Below are positions 36,130-49,425 of a stretch of 64,000 nucleotides of DNA, in pieces. This DNA comes from Callorhinchus milii (taxonomy: Eukaryota), in assembly GCF_018977255.1 (NCBI RefSeq), contig NW_024704742.1, forward strand, positions 28,582,001 to 28,646,000, read 5' to 3'. The first letter of the stretch is position 1. Every line of letters begins with the position of its first letter. Position numbers and translations under genes: made by a program. The notes beneath the pieces were generated by a model. It was not told the origin of the DNA and did not search any database. It saw nothing but the letters and a program-made list of their open reading frames with translations.

Positions 36130-37812
36130 AAAGCATTCACGGGACTTTTAATGAACAGCACTTTAATCCATGATAATAAACATTTGCATTGTTATTTTGT
36201 ACGATTTGTTGATTTAACCCAAATGATTGCAGTGTAGCATACTATTTATTTAGTGTTTTAAAATTTTGCTGACTAATTTAAGCACGTATAAACTACTACA
36301 GTATAGATAGAATAATAATGTATTACAGTTTTTTTCTTGACAATGAACTGATTTAACAATGTGAGAAAATACAACATTAATTTTGTACGTAATATTTTAT
36401 TTTTAAAAAAAGTCTGTTCTCTGCAATTCGTCACCTTAACTTGTCATTTTCTATTTTGATTTTAAAAAAGTTAAATTTGGAAGCTTAAAATAAGGATTGG
36501 TTTCAAGAATTCATTGAACAGCAAAAAAGAGTGACCCTGATGTAATATAAAAGCTGGCTTAAAGTGTCACTCCGAGCAGAGCAGTGACTCGATCAAGATA
36601 GTGATGTCTTAACCACTCATGTGGTGTATAAAATATCAATAGATGAGCTCAAATGTGTTACGCCCTTGTAACACTCCCTCACCTCTAGTTTTACCCTGTT
36701 CTATTTATACCAGGACTTTGTCAGGATGCAATATCACCAGATTTGCATTCAAGTGTATTTGACTAAACAACTGGACCCCTTCCACCCACCTCCCCCTCCC
36801 CCCAAACAATAACCATCCTTTTCCCCCGAGTGGAAGTGAAAAAGACATCACAAGAGGGATCTATAGGCTATATCCATGAGATAAAGGAAAACAATCTTCG
36901 GTGCTGTCTACCAAAGGAATCTCTGGTTCCTCTTGGGATCCAGATCAATTACTCAAGATGAGAAAATACCCAGCACATAGACTAGCTCAAAATGATTTAA
37001 TGCCAGGATTAAGAAACAGGCTACGAGTGTTCAAATTTACGTGGGTCTTTTAAGTGTTAACGGACATCAGCCCTCTCGATTTCTCTTTCTCGGTTCTGAA
37101 TTGGTCTTGAGAGTGAAAGGGAAAGAACGGAAGCTGTCAACAAACATGGGATTTCAGATATTTGCAAATCACAAGTTATCCCTTCACTGAACACCACCAC
37201 TTCAGGAAGAAAAAAAGAGTACATTTCTTTTTATTTAGAAGTTTTGAAAGAGTACAGTAAACACGTTTTGCAAGTAACACTGTATAAACTACAGAATATT
37301 GTTGAACTGCAGAGCTTTGATAATGGTGGGTCCCGTGGCTGACCACCAGAAAGACACGCTGTGCATAAGGGACACAGTCACGATGGCTTAATCTGGGGGA
37401 CACTCCATCACAAAAAAAATAGAAAAACAGTCACATCTAAAACAGTGATATTGCATTTATAATGCACGTCTGATTGTTTTCTGTACAGTTGGCTTCTCTT
37501 GGTGCCCGACCTGTGGCGGTCGGTGATTAAAGAGCTCAGAGCTCAGTGAAAGTCTGAGTGCTGTAAACAGGCACACACAGGTCGGAGAAGTGACCACACC
37601 AGTCACCTCCAAAGTCTCCAAATCGCATCATTCTCAGACCTGCTGAGAGCATATGATCCCATTATTAGCAAAATTGTCTCCAATATTATAGGAATCGATT
37701 ACATTACACACAAATCGACGGCCAGGATGACGGAGTGGAAAGTTGATGCTTCTTTTTGATTTTCTTTTAGGTCGTTGGCTTGTGCAAAATCATGCTGCAA
37801 CAACAGAAGGGA
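36130..37812 (-). other. PCDH10: PCDH10 3' UTR (end approximate)
   Basis: Follows the TAG stop and has no recognisable repeats. The distal part is AU-rich, with minus-strand AATAAA at 36245-36250, ATTAAA at 36162-36167 and 36147-36152, then a U/GU-rich stretch. Confidence 0.65.
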
Positions 37813-37832
37813 CTAGCAAATTCTCTTCCTTG
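37813..37832 (-). CDS. PCDH10: Protocadherin-10 terminal coding exon (T-R-K-R-I-C-stop)
   Basis: Minus strand reads ctgactgcttctgtctttctttccgCAG|CA AGG AAG AGA ATT TGC TAG. Joined to the phase-1 A of the previous exon this gives ...PPYL-TRKRIC*, the known C-terminus of the long PCDH10 isoform. Confidence 0.93.
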
Positions 37833-39019
37833 CTGCGGAAAGAAAGACAGAAGCAGTCAGTCACATGTAAATTAATAGTAACAATAATAATTCTTGCCTT
37901 TGATATCACTATGATGTTAACAACATCTCAAACCTTTTCACCCAGTTTCTGTAAAGTGTAGTGACTGAGTATTTCATAGGTGAACGCAGCACCCAATTTG
38001 CAAATAGCAATGTCCTGCCGTCAGTCATGAAATCAATGATTAACTTTATCTGAAGGATTCTTGGCCAGGCAGACCAAAACTACCAATGTGACATTTTTTC
38101 AGTCCTTATTTTGATTGTTGAAATCATTTTTCACTTTCCCTTAGGTCTTTTTTTAAAAAAAAACACTTGCATTCTGCCATACCTTTTACATTAGCTTCAC
38201 CTACATTTTTCCCTTACAAAGCCTGGCATGGTGCCTGATCACAGTCTTCTTCCCATCTACTTCAAGACTACCTTTATCTTCCCAGCGGTAGATCAACTCT
38301 GCCAATGAGTCTGCCTTAGGCGTGCATTTAAAAATGTAATTGTACATTGTTTTGTGCTGGGGATTTGTTTTCTCTTTTCTCTAATCCTCGTCTCTTGTAA
38401 GCACTGGCCCTTAGTGGGGTACAGTTTAACAGTTGCCAACAGCCCATGCACCAGTAGCCATTCCCCCACCCTGCGCATTCCCCACCCCGCACAGTCTTGT
38501 TAGAACACAATAGTTTGGTGGTGGGGAGGGTACATGTAATGAAACTGCTATAAGTGGGATACTTTATATTGAGGCTGCTTGCGTTCACTTCCTGATGTCA
38601 CTGAGATCTACTCACCCTCTGTGTTCTGAGCAGAAAGCTTTCCAGATGAAAAGAGGAGACAGTACATAATGCCACCAGTTCACCGCGTTACTGCATTATA
38701 TCTGAGTCGTGGAAAACTGAAGCTCATTGAAACTAGGCTGCATTGTATTGTACGCTCTCAGGATATTTGATCATGGAGAGCAACACAGACTGGCATAATC
38801 TATGGTTACCTGATACCTATACATAAAAACTTTCCAGCAGAGGATTACTGGATCGTGATCGCGGCCTGAAATTCTGTCTTCATTTGGATGGCAGTTTTGT
38901 TTCAAAATAGTTTCCAAATTGAAGCTAAATCGAGCAATTATCCATAATTTTACACCATCTTCAATATTAAGACAATGCGTTCTGCATGCTACGAATTTAA
39001 GCTTGACTGATTTCTCCCT

Positions 39020-39115
39020 CACTAGCCTCAGGGCAATGGAGCCACGACAGCACACTTGATGCTGCTCCAGCTGACATCAGTTAACTCAACACAAACCAGG
39101 AGGCAAACCTGACTT
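39020..39115 (-). mobile_element. LF-SINE-like remnant (5' part)
   Basis: Minus strand caggtttgcctcctggtttgtgttgagttaactgatgtcagctgg resembles the recalled ccaggttcgatccccggtctgtgctgagttagctgatctcagc. Confidence 0.5.
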
Positions 39116-39654
39116 GCCTAAATGTGGGATAAGTGCTAGATGTCTTTTACTCACTAGCTTTATGGGGAGTTTCGAAATATATTTTGAAAAGCAATTTTCT
39201 CTTCTTGGCACTAACTTGACAGACACCTTTCCCTAACTGGAATTATTCAATGAATAATTTTATACCATTCATGTCCATCTTAGACAAAATTGATCTGAAT
39301 AGCATTTGTTGTTTACTTCCAGTCCCATCAAAACAAGCCATTTTACAAATATCACAAACAATTTAGTCATCCATTTTGCTCAATGATGAGAAAAAAAATC
39401 TTTCTTAGCAATCTCAAAGGATAACATTTCACACTATTCTAATCTCATTGCACTTATCTGTGCTTTAAGGCAGTGGCAAAGAAACAGTCATTGGAGGTCT
39501 AAAATGCAATATCTGAAACCAGATTTGTTGGTTTAATTGCAACTTTCGTTTTGCGAATATCGGAGTAATTTGCGGCAAGATTTGCAAATTGCAAATTGTG
39601 ACCCTCAAGCTGGCAAAGTCCGTAAAAAGCAAGAAATTTGCAGACAGTATCGTT

Positions 39655-39988
39655 CTCACCTCGCAAGCGAGAGGACCCGGGTTTGACTCCTGGGCAGGGT
39701 GAAACCTTAGATTCCTTACTGTATACGCCTGTGTTTACCCTAATAGTATGTAGGAACCTGGTTGTTAGTTGAAAGGCAGATCTCTTTCCGGGGGTAAAAA
39801 TCCCTCAAAAAAATAACTTGGTCACTCAATCCACGACTCATTGTGGGATACTGCTGTGCACAATTGGCTGCCGCGTTTTGCCCAAAAATGTATAGTCAAT
39901 CCACTTTACAATTCTGTGAAGTGCTTTGAAACGTCTAAATGACCTGATTAGGTGCTATATCAAATGCAATGATTATTATTATTATTAT
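39655..39988 (+). mobile_element. tRNA(Ala-CGC)-derived SINE, longer subfamily
   Basis: cctcgcaagcgagaggacccgggtttgactcc head, extra ~60-nt block (gtttaccc...gtaggaacc...tttccgggg), Deu 3' block and tail. Confidence 0.88.
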
Positions 39989-40797
39989 ACACGGATTCAA
40001 TGTTAATGAGGTGGGTTACCACATCCAAGAATAGCATTCTAACTTCTCACCGTATTAAACATCTTGCATTTCACTCACACAATTTAAAATTCAGATTGAG
40101 GATATCACTTCCCATTTATTCCCCGCTGCAGAATGTGAACATATTAAACACATTTTCATTCACTCCTAATCCAATGCAAAAAATATTCTCATTGGATCAA
40201 ATTCTATTGAATTTCCAGAATACCAAACAATTTCCCATTTATTGTATAGGATTACAATGTAACGAACACCTTTTCATTCAATCCTATTATACATAATTCG
40301 ATTACACCAAATAACTTTCTATTCACTCCCAATGTATAGATTTTTGTACCAAATCTTTGTGATTTGTTAAATCCAATGTTGGGTCTGAAATTCCATATCT
40401 TTATATTTGTAAAATTGATGATGGAATCAGAAAGTAAAATAATGCAACTCGTCTTAAAATCCTAGTTCCGTTGGCCTTTTTGTAGCCTGAAAATATCATT
40501 GTAAAAACCTTAATTCACCTTCAGATATGGGTATTTTGTATAGTGAGGGGCAGACCATCATTGGTTTACTTGTAAATTCCGTTTGTTTTCTTTGTAAAAA
40601 TTAATCCATATATTTGGTATAGCACATTTCACATTCAGAGGACATCTGTGGAGTGACTATGTATTTGTAGGCAAATGCGGCAGCCCAATTTCCTACAGTG
40701 AAATGAATGATGAATTTTATTTGGGTGATTGTTGGCCAGGACACCGAAGAGAAACTCCCTTCTCAATAGGCTACTGTAGAAAGGACCATTAATAATG

Positions 40798-41161
40798 TAA
40801 TAATAAAGATTGCATTTGATATAACGCCTTATCACGCCTTCGAAACGTCTCAAAGCTCTTTACAGAATATACTGTAAAGTAAATTAACTATTCATTTTGT
40901 GGATGAAATGTAGCAGCCAATTGCTGACAGCAGTGTTTCTTTCATAAACAGTCATGGATTGAGTAACCAATCTTTTAAATTTTTTTTTAAAAAGAGATTA
41001 TTAACCCCAGAAAACCGATCCTCCGCTCGACTAATCATTGGGTACCTTCATACAGCTAGATAAACAGAGGCATGTGGAGTAAAGAAACTTGCCTAAAGTT
41101 TCACCCTGACCGGGAAGCAAATCCAGGTCTTCTCACCTGCGAGGTCAGTACGCTACAGGAC
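40798..41161 (-). mobile_element. tRNA(Ala)-derived SINE, longer subfamily
   Basis: Same architecture as 39655 and 55217, in reverse orientation. Confidence 0.88.
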
Positions 41162-42776
41162 CATTGTGGTAGACTCCAAAGAGAGTAAGAAGGGAATGTA
41201 TTCCTTTAAGCAATTCATTTTTATTCTATTTATTTTCTGTAATTTCTGCTGAAGACAGGACTACTTTGTTCTTAGACAAAGGTTAGTTATGTGTACAGTT
41301 AATACAGCATCTCTTATCAGATCTTCTTCTGCCCAGACATCTTTTTGCACAGTTACATCCTACACTTACTTTACCTGTCTTGAGGAAGAATAGGACTGGA
41401 AGATGACCCTTAACAGGCATGACTGCTATTGACAAGAAAGTAACTGCACTCAAGGTATTAAAATTTATTGCGCTATTGGAGTGGTCCATATTTCTTAGAT
41501 CTTGAAAATATAGGAGATCTTAGTCATTCTCTAAACACACAACATCAGAGAATATTTACTTTAAGACAAGACCAGCTTGTTTGTTTCCACGGAAAAAGGG
41601 TCTCTCTAAAATGCCTGAATAAACCTCACAATAACATTTCTGAATCTAAGAAAAGGATGTTTGGATCTCATCGCCACGTGGAAACATTTTTTCAGAACGT
41701 TTGGAGTCATTTTGAGGCAAATGGTAATTTCATGATGCTTGTGGTCACTTTTATCATGCCTTGTGATGGACTTGGAAAACCAATTTGAATGTACACACGC
41801 CAACATCTCTTGATGTCAACTTTCCTCAAGATCCCACTTCACTCTTGCTGCTATGTCGTATAAGCCCCCCTATGAGACCTACAGTGATTGGAACTGTTGT
41901 GTTCCCCTAAACTACTCCTATGGTGTCGCCCAGTGCTCAGCACTATGAATGGCACTTTCCCCAACTTCCAAGGGCAGATAGTGACTTTCAACAACGACAT
42001 CAAAATGGGCAGCCTCCCTTTAAAGCTGCAGGGAAACAGGAGATTGCAGGTGGAAGTGCTCTAAGCAGTGTTGAACAAACTACGGAGTACGACTTGACCA
42101 AAGCAAAGAGAAGTCAACCTTTTCAGCCACAATGATATTGTGGAAAACCTGAAGTTAACCAAAGATATAAGCCTCATATATGACCCTCTACTCCATCCTG
42201 CTCATGGCTACTATCTTGTCTCTTTGAGTTACAAACACGTTCAAAATTCAATGACTGCAGACTTCAGAAAGACTTGGACATTATTTATAACTTTTGTGGA
42301 AAATTTCAAGCCCCTAAAATATTTTCCATCACCCTTGCTTATAGAAGAGGAAAGTAGACCTACATAGAACTGTAGCAGTTTAACAATATTCTTTAAGCTG
42401 AAGGTGACACAAGCCTGCTATTATTTAAGTTCTTTGAATCATTGTGGTTATTTTTGGGACATACTTATTTGTATTTATTTATATGTGTATTTGCCCTATG
42501 TATTCGCTTAACATTTATTCGATTGGGAACATTTTGTAGAGACAGATATGTGGACCACAGTAGCTTTAATGGAATTTTTATACTAAAATAATTCTTGCAT
42601 TTGATATAACATCTTCTAATTCTGAAAGTTTTTCAAAGCACTTCACAGGATTTTTACTGTTAAGTGTAGCAACTGTATTTGTAAGAAAACATGGGAGCCA
42701 ATTTATGTACACCCTCATAAACTGACATGAGCTCTGAATGCTTGTCTCCCGAAATTTCAAGTCTGCAGAATACCAT

Positions 42777-43155
42777 CACCACCAACAATAATAAAAAATT
42801 ACATTTATAAAACGCCTTTCATGGAAGGACATTCCAAGGTGCCGTTCAGACCAGGATTTGTACCCGAGCTGGCATTGGGTACAGGAGGGGTGAGGGTAGG
42901 AGGGTGACCGAACGAGCAGTCGAAGAGGAAGGTCTTGAGATGGGCCATGAAGGAGGCAAGGAAGGAAGGAGGTGAGGTGAAGGGACTGTGGGCTGGAGAT
43001 CCAAAAGCTGGGGGCAGGAAGGCTGAAGGCCTGACCACCGATGGTGAGGCAGGCAGGGTGAGAGACATGGAGCAGGCCAGAGTCCGCCGAGTAGAGGGAG
43101 CAGACAAGCCAGTATGGGGTTAACAGCTCACAGAGGCAGGGTGGAGCAAGGAGCA
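42777..43155 (-). mobile_element. L2 LINE 3' fragment
   Basis: LAPPCLCELL, TIGGQAFS..AP.FW and LKTFLF motifs; tail aattacatttataaaacgcctttca. Confidence 0.88.
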
Positions 43156-44624
43156 AACACGATCATACTAATTTCAATTATAAATAATTTTAGTTTATCA
43201 AATTCTTTCCTATAGGTCTCCATTGTATAAATGTTTTATGTTAAATCATTTCCTCTTCACTTCTATCAAGTCAAATTAAAGTCCACCAATCCCCCTCCTA
43301 ATGAATCTAACAATATACAGTAGAATTACTGTGCAGCAAACCAATTCCCATTTATTGTTATTATATAACAATTTTGATCTCAGGACAACATTTGAAGAGA
43401 AAATGTAATCCACATGTCAAATATATACCCAATTATCCATGCCTAATGCTTGGTGTGTTAAATACAGCCAATTCACCAGCAATTTCCATTAAGAGTCAGC
43501 GGTATATTTTACAAGTCAAATTGCTTTCATGTAAAATGCATGTTTTTTTTTGTTCAGTATTTACTGTTTTTGTTGAAGTAAATGGCTGAAATTAATGATT
43601 AAGTGGGCTCCGAGTACAGATTTGCTGATTGGCTATTTTTATCTGCAATTTATAGAAATCCTGATCCAAGCAAAACATTTCTTGGCAAAGTATTAATGTT
43701 TATCAGGATTGAATGTAAATACAAACTGATGGAAGGATTTGGTGCATTACTATTTGACTGATGAAGCAGAAAGAAAAAAATTCACCTGCTCTGAAGGTCA
43801 ATTCAAGGTCAATACTATATAGACACCTGTTTGCAAATTATATTCCTACTGCCTCAGTTATACTGTGGCAAATATGAAGGGTATAACAGGTATCTACAAA
43901 CCTAGATAATAGCATTTTAAAATTGGCAAAGTTAACAAACACTGTCCTTGCTAACAAAACTGCAAATAAAAAGATCAGTGATTTCATACCTATTTGTTGG
44001 ATATTGCTCTGCGCAAATTTGTAGCCACATTCACCTATGCATGGAAAGTCACTACACTTTAAAGAAAGCTCTGTGAAGCACTTTGAGATGTTTTGGCATG
44101 ACTAGACACTACATAAAATTCAAGGATTACTGAATAGATAAAAGCAGATAGAACTCTGTCATACAATCTGCAGGCAATGGAAGATGCAAACAGTCAAATA
44201 ATCAAATAAAATCGAATGACTGAATTGAGAAAAGGATCATAATCTAGAAATTAATAAATACAATGTCATACAGAATATTGTTACTCAGGCAAATGCAGCA
44301 GCCAATCTGCACCAGTAAAGATAAGCTTGACATTTGTTTCTGGACGATTTCATTTTTCTGTTACTGTTTTCAATGTTGGTGTTGGACTATGTTTACATCT
44401 GTTTCCTTCACCTGAGTTCTGAATGCTAAAAATATGAACTCGGAGACACTTGGTGGAACAATTCAGTTGAATTTGACATTGCTGTTTGTGAGACTTTCAG
44501 AGCAGATTGGCTGCTGTGTTTTCCTCCATAACAACATTCAATATTAAATGCAAGTTAATACTAAATGTTGTTATGCATGCAATTCCTTTTTCAATTCAAT
44601 CATTCAGCTACATTCTGTCTGCCT

Positions 44625-44915
44625 TGTATTCGAGGTGGACATTAAGGAACAACACTTGCCCCACCAAAACCACTGCCATTGTTACTTCAAAGAAAGGTGG
44701 TGGAGTTTTCTTTCTGTTCTCTTGCCTTATATTCCCTCCTCATAAAAACTCACCTTCAAAAAATACAATTGAATTGGCTACTCATCTCATCATTTTTGTA
44801 GGATGTTACTGGCACAAATTTGCCTTACATGATAACATTCATTTAACTACTAACCAGTCTCATTCTGTAAAGAGCTTTGAGATGTTTCTTTTACGTGAAA
44901 TGCATTACACTAACA
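44625..44915 (+). mobile_element. Old Deu-core SINE
   Basis: aggtggacattaagga core and gagctttgagatgttt...gtgaaatgcattac tail. Confidence 0.55.
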
Positions 44916-45567
44916 TAAGTCGTTGTACAAAGAAGGATAGACAGAAAGAAAATAAGAGAGAGCTCACAAGACTCAGACAGGAGGACAGCCAAAGTGTGCC
45001 AGGGAGCGAGAGAGGCAGAAGGAATGTTCGTGAGAAATGGAAATAAAAAGGTAAGAGAGAGTTTACAGGAAAGAAGAGATGCCAGGTAGTAGGGAAAGAA
45101 CAGGAAATAGAGAGTGTGATATACACAAATGGAGAGACCAGGAGAAGAGAATTAGAGAATATGAAAAATCATTAAGATTGAGAGAAAGGGAAAAAAATAT
45201 GGGTGTGAATTGTAGAACACAACAAAAGTGACTTTGTTATACAATATATTTTCCAGAGCAACTATTTAATGGGATTTTTTTTGCATATAAACAGAAGGCA
45301 ATTTCTGACAATTAGCTGTGCTATTGCTGCTTCAAATATTGACATAAAATAACACACTGAAGGAATAATGAAGCTTTAGATGTTTAATTTATGATACCTT
45401 CCAATGTGTTGTAGTACCACATTTACTCTCAGGATACAGCACTACAGAGAACACACCACTGAGAACATCATCATTTCCTCAATAATTTCCAAACATCACT
45501 TGTGTTGCCAAGGGAATATGCTGATAGAGAAAAGTCACGGGCACAGGTTGCTCATGGAGAGCACGGT

Positions 45568-45975
45568 GATAATAATAATAATAATCCTTGCATTTCATTT
45601 TTGTTTTAAGTCAGCCGGTGTCTGACACATGTGGAAACCCATCACCATGCTTAAGAGGATCCAAACCAAAATGAGAATTCCATGCATCCCACCTACGCAT
45701 GGAAATCCCAGAGATAGGCTGTTTGAATGAAATGCGCATTCTCTCCCTGGAAGGATGCATCCTGCTAACCTAATTCCTGAAAGTCATTAGGCTCAGGTTG
45801 GCAAAAGCCAAGGCTTGTGGAAGCCAGAGTGTGCATTGGGGTACTGCTGGAGTCTAACCAGCTAAAACCACATAGCTTGTTTTTGATATAGCACCTGATC
45901 ATGTCATTGAGACGTCTCAAAGCTCTTCACAGGATATCCTGTAAAGTGGATTAACTGGGTATATTGTGGGCGAAA
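45568..45975 (-). mobile_element. SINE tail split by a copy of the unclassified repeat (45597-45880)
   Basis: (aat)n ccttgcattt | insert | tttgatatagcacctgatcatgtcattgagacgtctcaaagc. Confidence 0.8.
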
Positions 45976-47284
45976 TGTCCTCAGAGATGTCTACAGAGAG
46001 GGGAAGAATTTAAAAGGGACCAATTTTCCTCCATGAAATTTCAGGGAAACTTTTAGGGGTTTGGAAAAGAAGAGTCTTAGCCACCATTCATTATCATATT
46101 GACATCATCTGTTGGCGATTACTATGATTTGTTGCAGTTTAGTTCACGAATCCCCATCATGCTTTTGACAGACAACTAAAGATTTATAACCACTTTTTAT
46201 GCAGAACACTGTGCCTTTAAAACATCCAGAATGCAAGGTTTTCATTTAGTTTAGCAATGCCAGATTGAGGAGTACGAGAGATAAAATAACTTGCAATTTT
46301 TTTTTAATCTTTAAAACCAGCCGGATGGACAGCAATGGTCTTTTATGATTTCGTGCATTCATATGTTCCTAAGTTGAGAGTGCAGTGAGTGGGAAAGATG
46401 GGAAATAGCCAACTTCTGCTCGAAAAGCCCTGATTCAGCAAGTAGTGGTTAACTTTGTGTTTGAACTTCTACTATATACAAGGGCAAAGTTCCAGGCAGC
46501 AACACTGAGTTGGAGTTCCACTCACAGAAGTAATACATAAAACATTGCTATTAACATTGGGAGGACGTTTTGAATTAGAGGGGAATGGTGAGATACTGCT
46601 GCAGCAGTCTGTTTTTCTGGCACATGTGAAGTTTCTGCTTTTAGCAATAAAAAAAACTCTTGTGGTGCTGCTGTGTTCATAATCTTGCACATGAATTCCA
46701 CACAGATCAGTGCTGTTAGAAAGGGTTGAGTCCAGTGTGGTGAGGAAACCCTCCACCCAGTTCACTGGACTGGCCACTTTCAGACGGCTCTGATCCTAGG
46801 AGCAAGGGGTGGGTATCTTCCACAGCCTGATGAACTCACCGACAAAGGGATCTATCAAACGTTCTGTTGGGATTTCCCATAATCAACATGAAATGTAAAG
46901 TTTCCTACTTTCAGAGATTTCACATGACATACCCCATTATGTTTCAGCATTATCTTGGCAGATTGTTTCTAGCAAAACTTTTCTTCTCTGATAAATAAGG
47001 TTTGCACTTCTGGAGAATTCTCAATTTTACACCAGCCTGTGTAGCCGTCTTCTCCACTCATTAGCCCACGTGTAAATTAAGAGATAATTAACAAGCTGAG
47101 GAATCAGATGTTTGTATCTGAAGAATAGATTGAACTCTTATATGGAAAAGCCATATGTTGCTAGCCAACATCACAGTTAAGATTTCTGGCAGAACTATTG
47201 ACTTGATCTTTCCAACGCTGCAGATATCACACTATTCGTCAGCCTACTGTCCGATTCTGTCAATATTTGCCAGCAGCAATTCAA

Positions 47285-47422
47285 TACCCTCTTGTCTTTA
47301 GATAGGGAGTTAATCACTCTGTGGAGGGTGGTGTCATCAGCAAATAGCACATCACTTTACATGTCATCCCACAAGCCATTGATCAAGACAAGGAACGAAG
47401 CAGGGCCAAGGACTCTTGTGAC
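47285..47422 (-). mobile_element. LINE RT fragment (CR1-like)
   Basis: Minus strand gives a degenerate QxSVLGP..FLVLIN.L and VLFADDTTL. Confidence 0.65.
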
Positions 47423-47571
47423 TTAGTGATAAATAATGCAGAAAGAGGAATAGCACCCATTCATCAAATGTTTCAGCGCCTTGGGACGTCCTCCCAACGT
47501 GAAAGGCGCTATACAAATGTAATCTTGTTTTTGTTGTGGTTGTTGTTGAGGTTTAACCGGTCTTCATCCCC

Positions 47572-47870
47572 TATGTGTACATTACTGTATTACCAATCTC
47601 CATTTCCGTGTGTACATTACTGTAATAATAATCCTTGCATTTGATATAGCACCTTATCACGTCATTTAGACGTCTCAAAGCACTTCAAAGAACACACTAT
47701 GAAGTGAAATGACTGTATATTTTGTGGGCCAAATGTCGCAGCCAATTGTGCACAACAGTGTCCCACAAACAGCCTGGATTACCAATCTCCACTCCATGTG
47801 TGTACATTACTGTATTACCAACCTGCACTCCCTCATGTGTACATTATTGTATTACCAATCTCCACTCCCC
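47572..47870. repeat. 36-38-bp minisatellite interrupted by an antisense SINE tail (47622-47777)
   Basis: Unit tgtgtacattactgtattaccaatctccactcc, about 4 copies, on both sides of the SINE fragment. Confidence 0.85.
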
Positions 47871-48280
47871 CAACGATTAGTGTTACGTGCGTTCGGTTAG
47901 TGGAATTGTGTGGGTTACTGCAAATTAGACCCAATTATGTGTACATGACCGAATTACTAGGATGCATGTCATGCATATTGCAGATCTGTAACTTAGTTTA
48001 ACCTTCCCTATTTCTTCATACCACTTGTACTATTTGTGCTAAATATCTTTGTTCCTCCAGCCATGCACAATGCAGTTTCTACACTCTCCACCTTTACATA
48101 ATTGTTGATAGGTTTTGGTCCCTCGGCACTTAGAAATTGTTGAATTATTTGTCTCAAATTTCTTCTAAGTCCTTGCTGTCTCATATAAATTAATGGAAAA
48201 GCCACGCATGAACAAACAATAAGCCAGCACCAACCTGAATATCACTGCATTTGAATATTCCCTCACATTTGAAAAACATG

Positions 48281-48536
48281 TGTAGAGCATCTTTTATGTC
48301 AGGATGACAGCCCAAGGCACTGGACAGTCAGAGATTTGGACCTGAGCAGGGGTCGGGACCATGAGAGGTGGAGGGCAGACGGGATAGGGGTAGCAGAGTG
48401 ACCAAAACTAGGGGTAGTTGAGACGTGCCTTGAAGGAGGCAAGGGAGGGAGCAAGATGAAGAGAGTGTCGGATGGAATTCCAGAGAGTGGGGGCGGAGAG
48501 GCTCAAGACCTAACCACCGATGGTGTGGATCCACCA
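48281..48536 (-). mobile_element. L2 3' fragment, tail-less duplicate of 49170-49425
   Basis: 256 bp, with 7 mismatches counted by eye against the second copy. Confidence 0.9.
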
Positions 48537-49149
48537 CTATATGAATAGTTTTTTTTTCTGTATAGATAATGTCCTTTCTTTCACAAATGTTAGTTATGTT
48601 TCTCATGGACTTAATGAAAATGACAAAGAATTGTTTTTTATATTAAAAAAATGCATTGTTGGATTGCGTATTACACTAAACAAATGATAATATGATCTTA
48701 CTCATTTGTAAATTGTAGCAAGAAATACACTTCACTTAGGAGGGGAGGAATGGACAGCAATGGAAAGACCCATCTCATCCCAAAATACCATACAAAACTA
48801 CATGAATACACTTCAATTACAATCCTGAGATTTAATCAAAGAATTGAAGTCTGCACAATTATTTCCATTTGTTATTTAAGCAAAGTAATTTCTATCAACA
48901 CACACCACATTTATACACAATCCAGAAATGTCATTCACATTTCCTTCCACCTCCTTTACAAACTATAAAGTCAATTCACTTTACAGTATATTCTGTGAAG
49001 CGCTTTGAGAAATCAAGAAGACGTGATAAGGCGCTATATCAAATGCAAGGATTTTATTATTATTATTATCACTGTCACTGTATTTCACATTATAGTCTGT
49101 GAAATGTTTTGAGACAGTTTGGTAACTGAATAAGATACTATATTAAAGA

Positions 49150-49425
49150 CAACAACAAGAAATTACATTTGTAGAGCATCTTTTATGTCAGGATGACATC
49201 CCAAGGCACTGGACAGTCAGAGATTTGGACCCGAGCAGGGGTCGGGATCATGAGAGGTGGAGGGCAGACGGGATAGGGGTACCAGAGTGACCAAAACTAG
49301 GGGTAGTTGAGACATGCCTTGAAGGAGGCAAGGGAGGGAGCAAGATGAAGAGAGTGTCGGATGGAGTTCCAGAGAGTGGGGGCGGAGAGGCTCAAGACCT
49401 AACCACCGATGGTGTGGGTCCACCA
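49150..49425 (-). mobile_element. L2 3' fragment with (caa)n tail
   Basis: caacaacaagaaattacatttgtagagc tail plus the L2 3' region. Confidence 0.9.

Noticed and set aside
44507-45046. 179-aa ORF
   Set aside because: It spans SINE remnants and a GA-rich low-complexity tract and has no recognisable domain.
47572-47870. 36-38-bp repeats as a CRISPR-like array
   Set aside because: The units are contiguous with no unique spacers, the context is eukaryotic and there are no cas genes.
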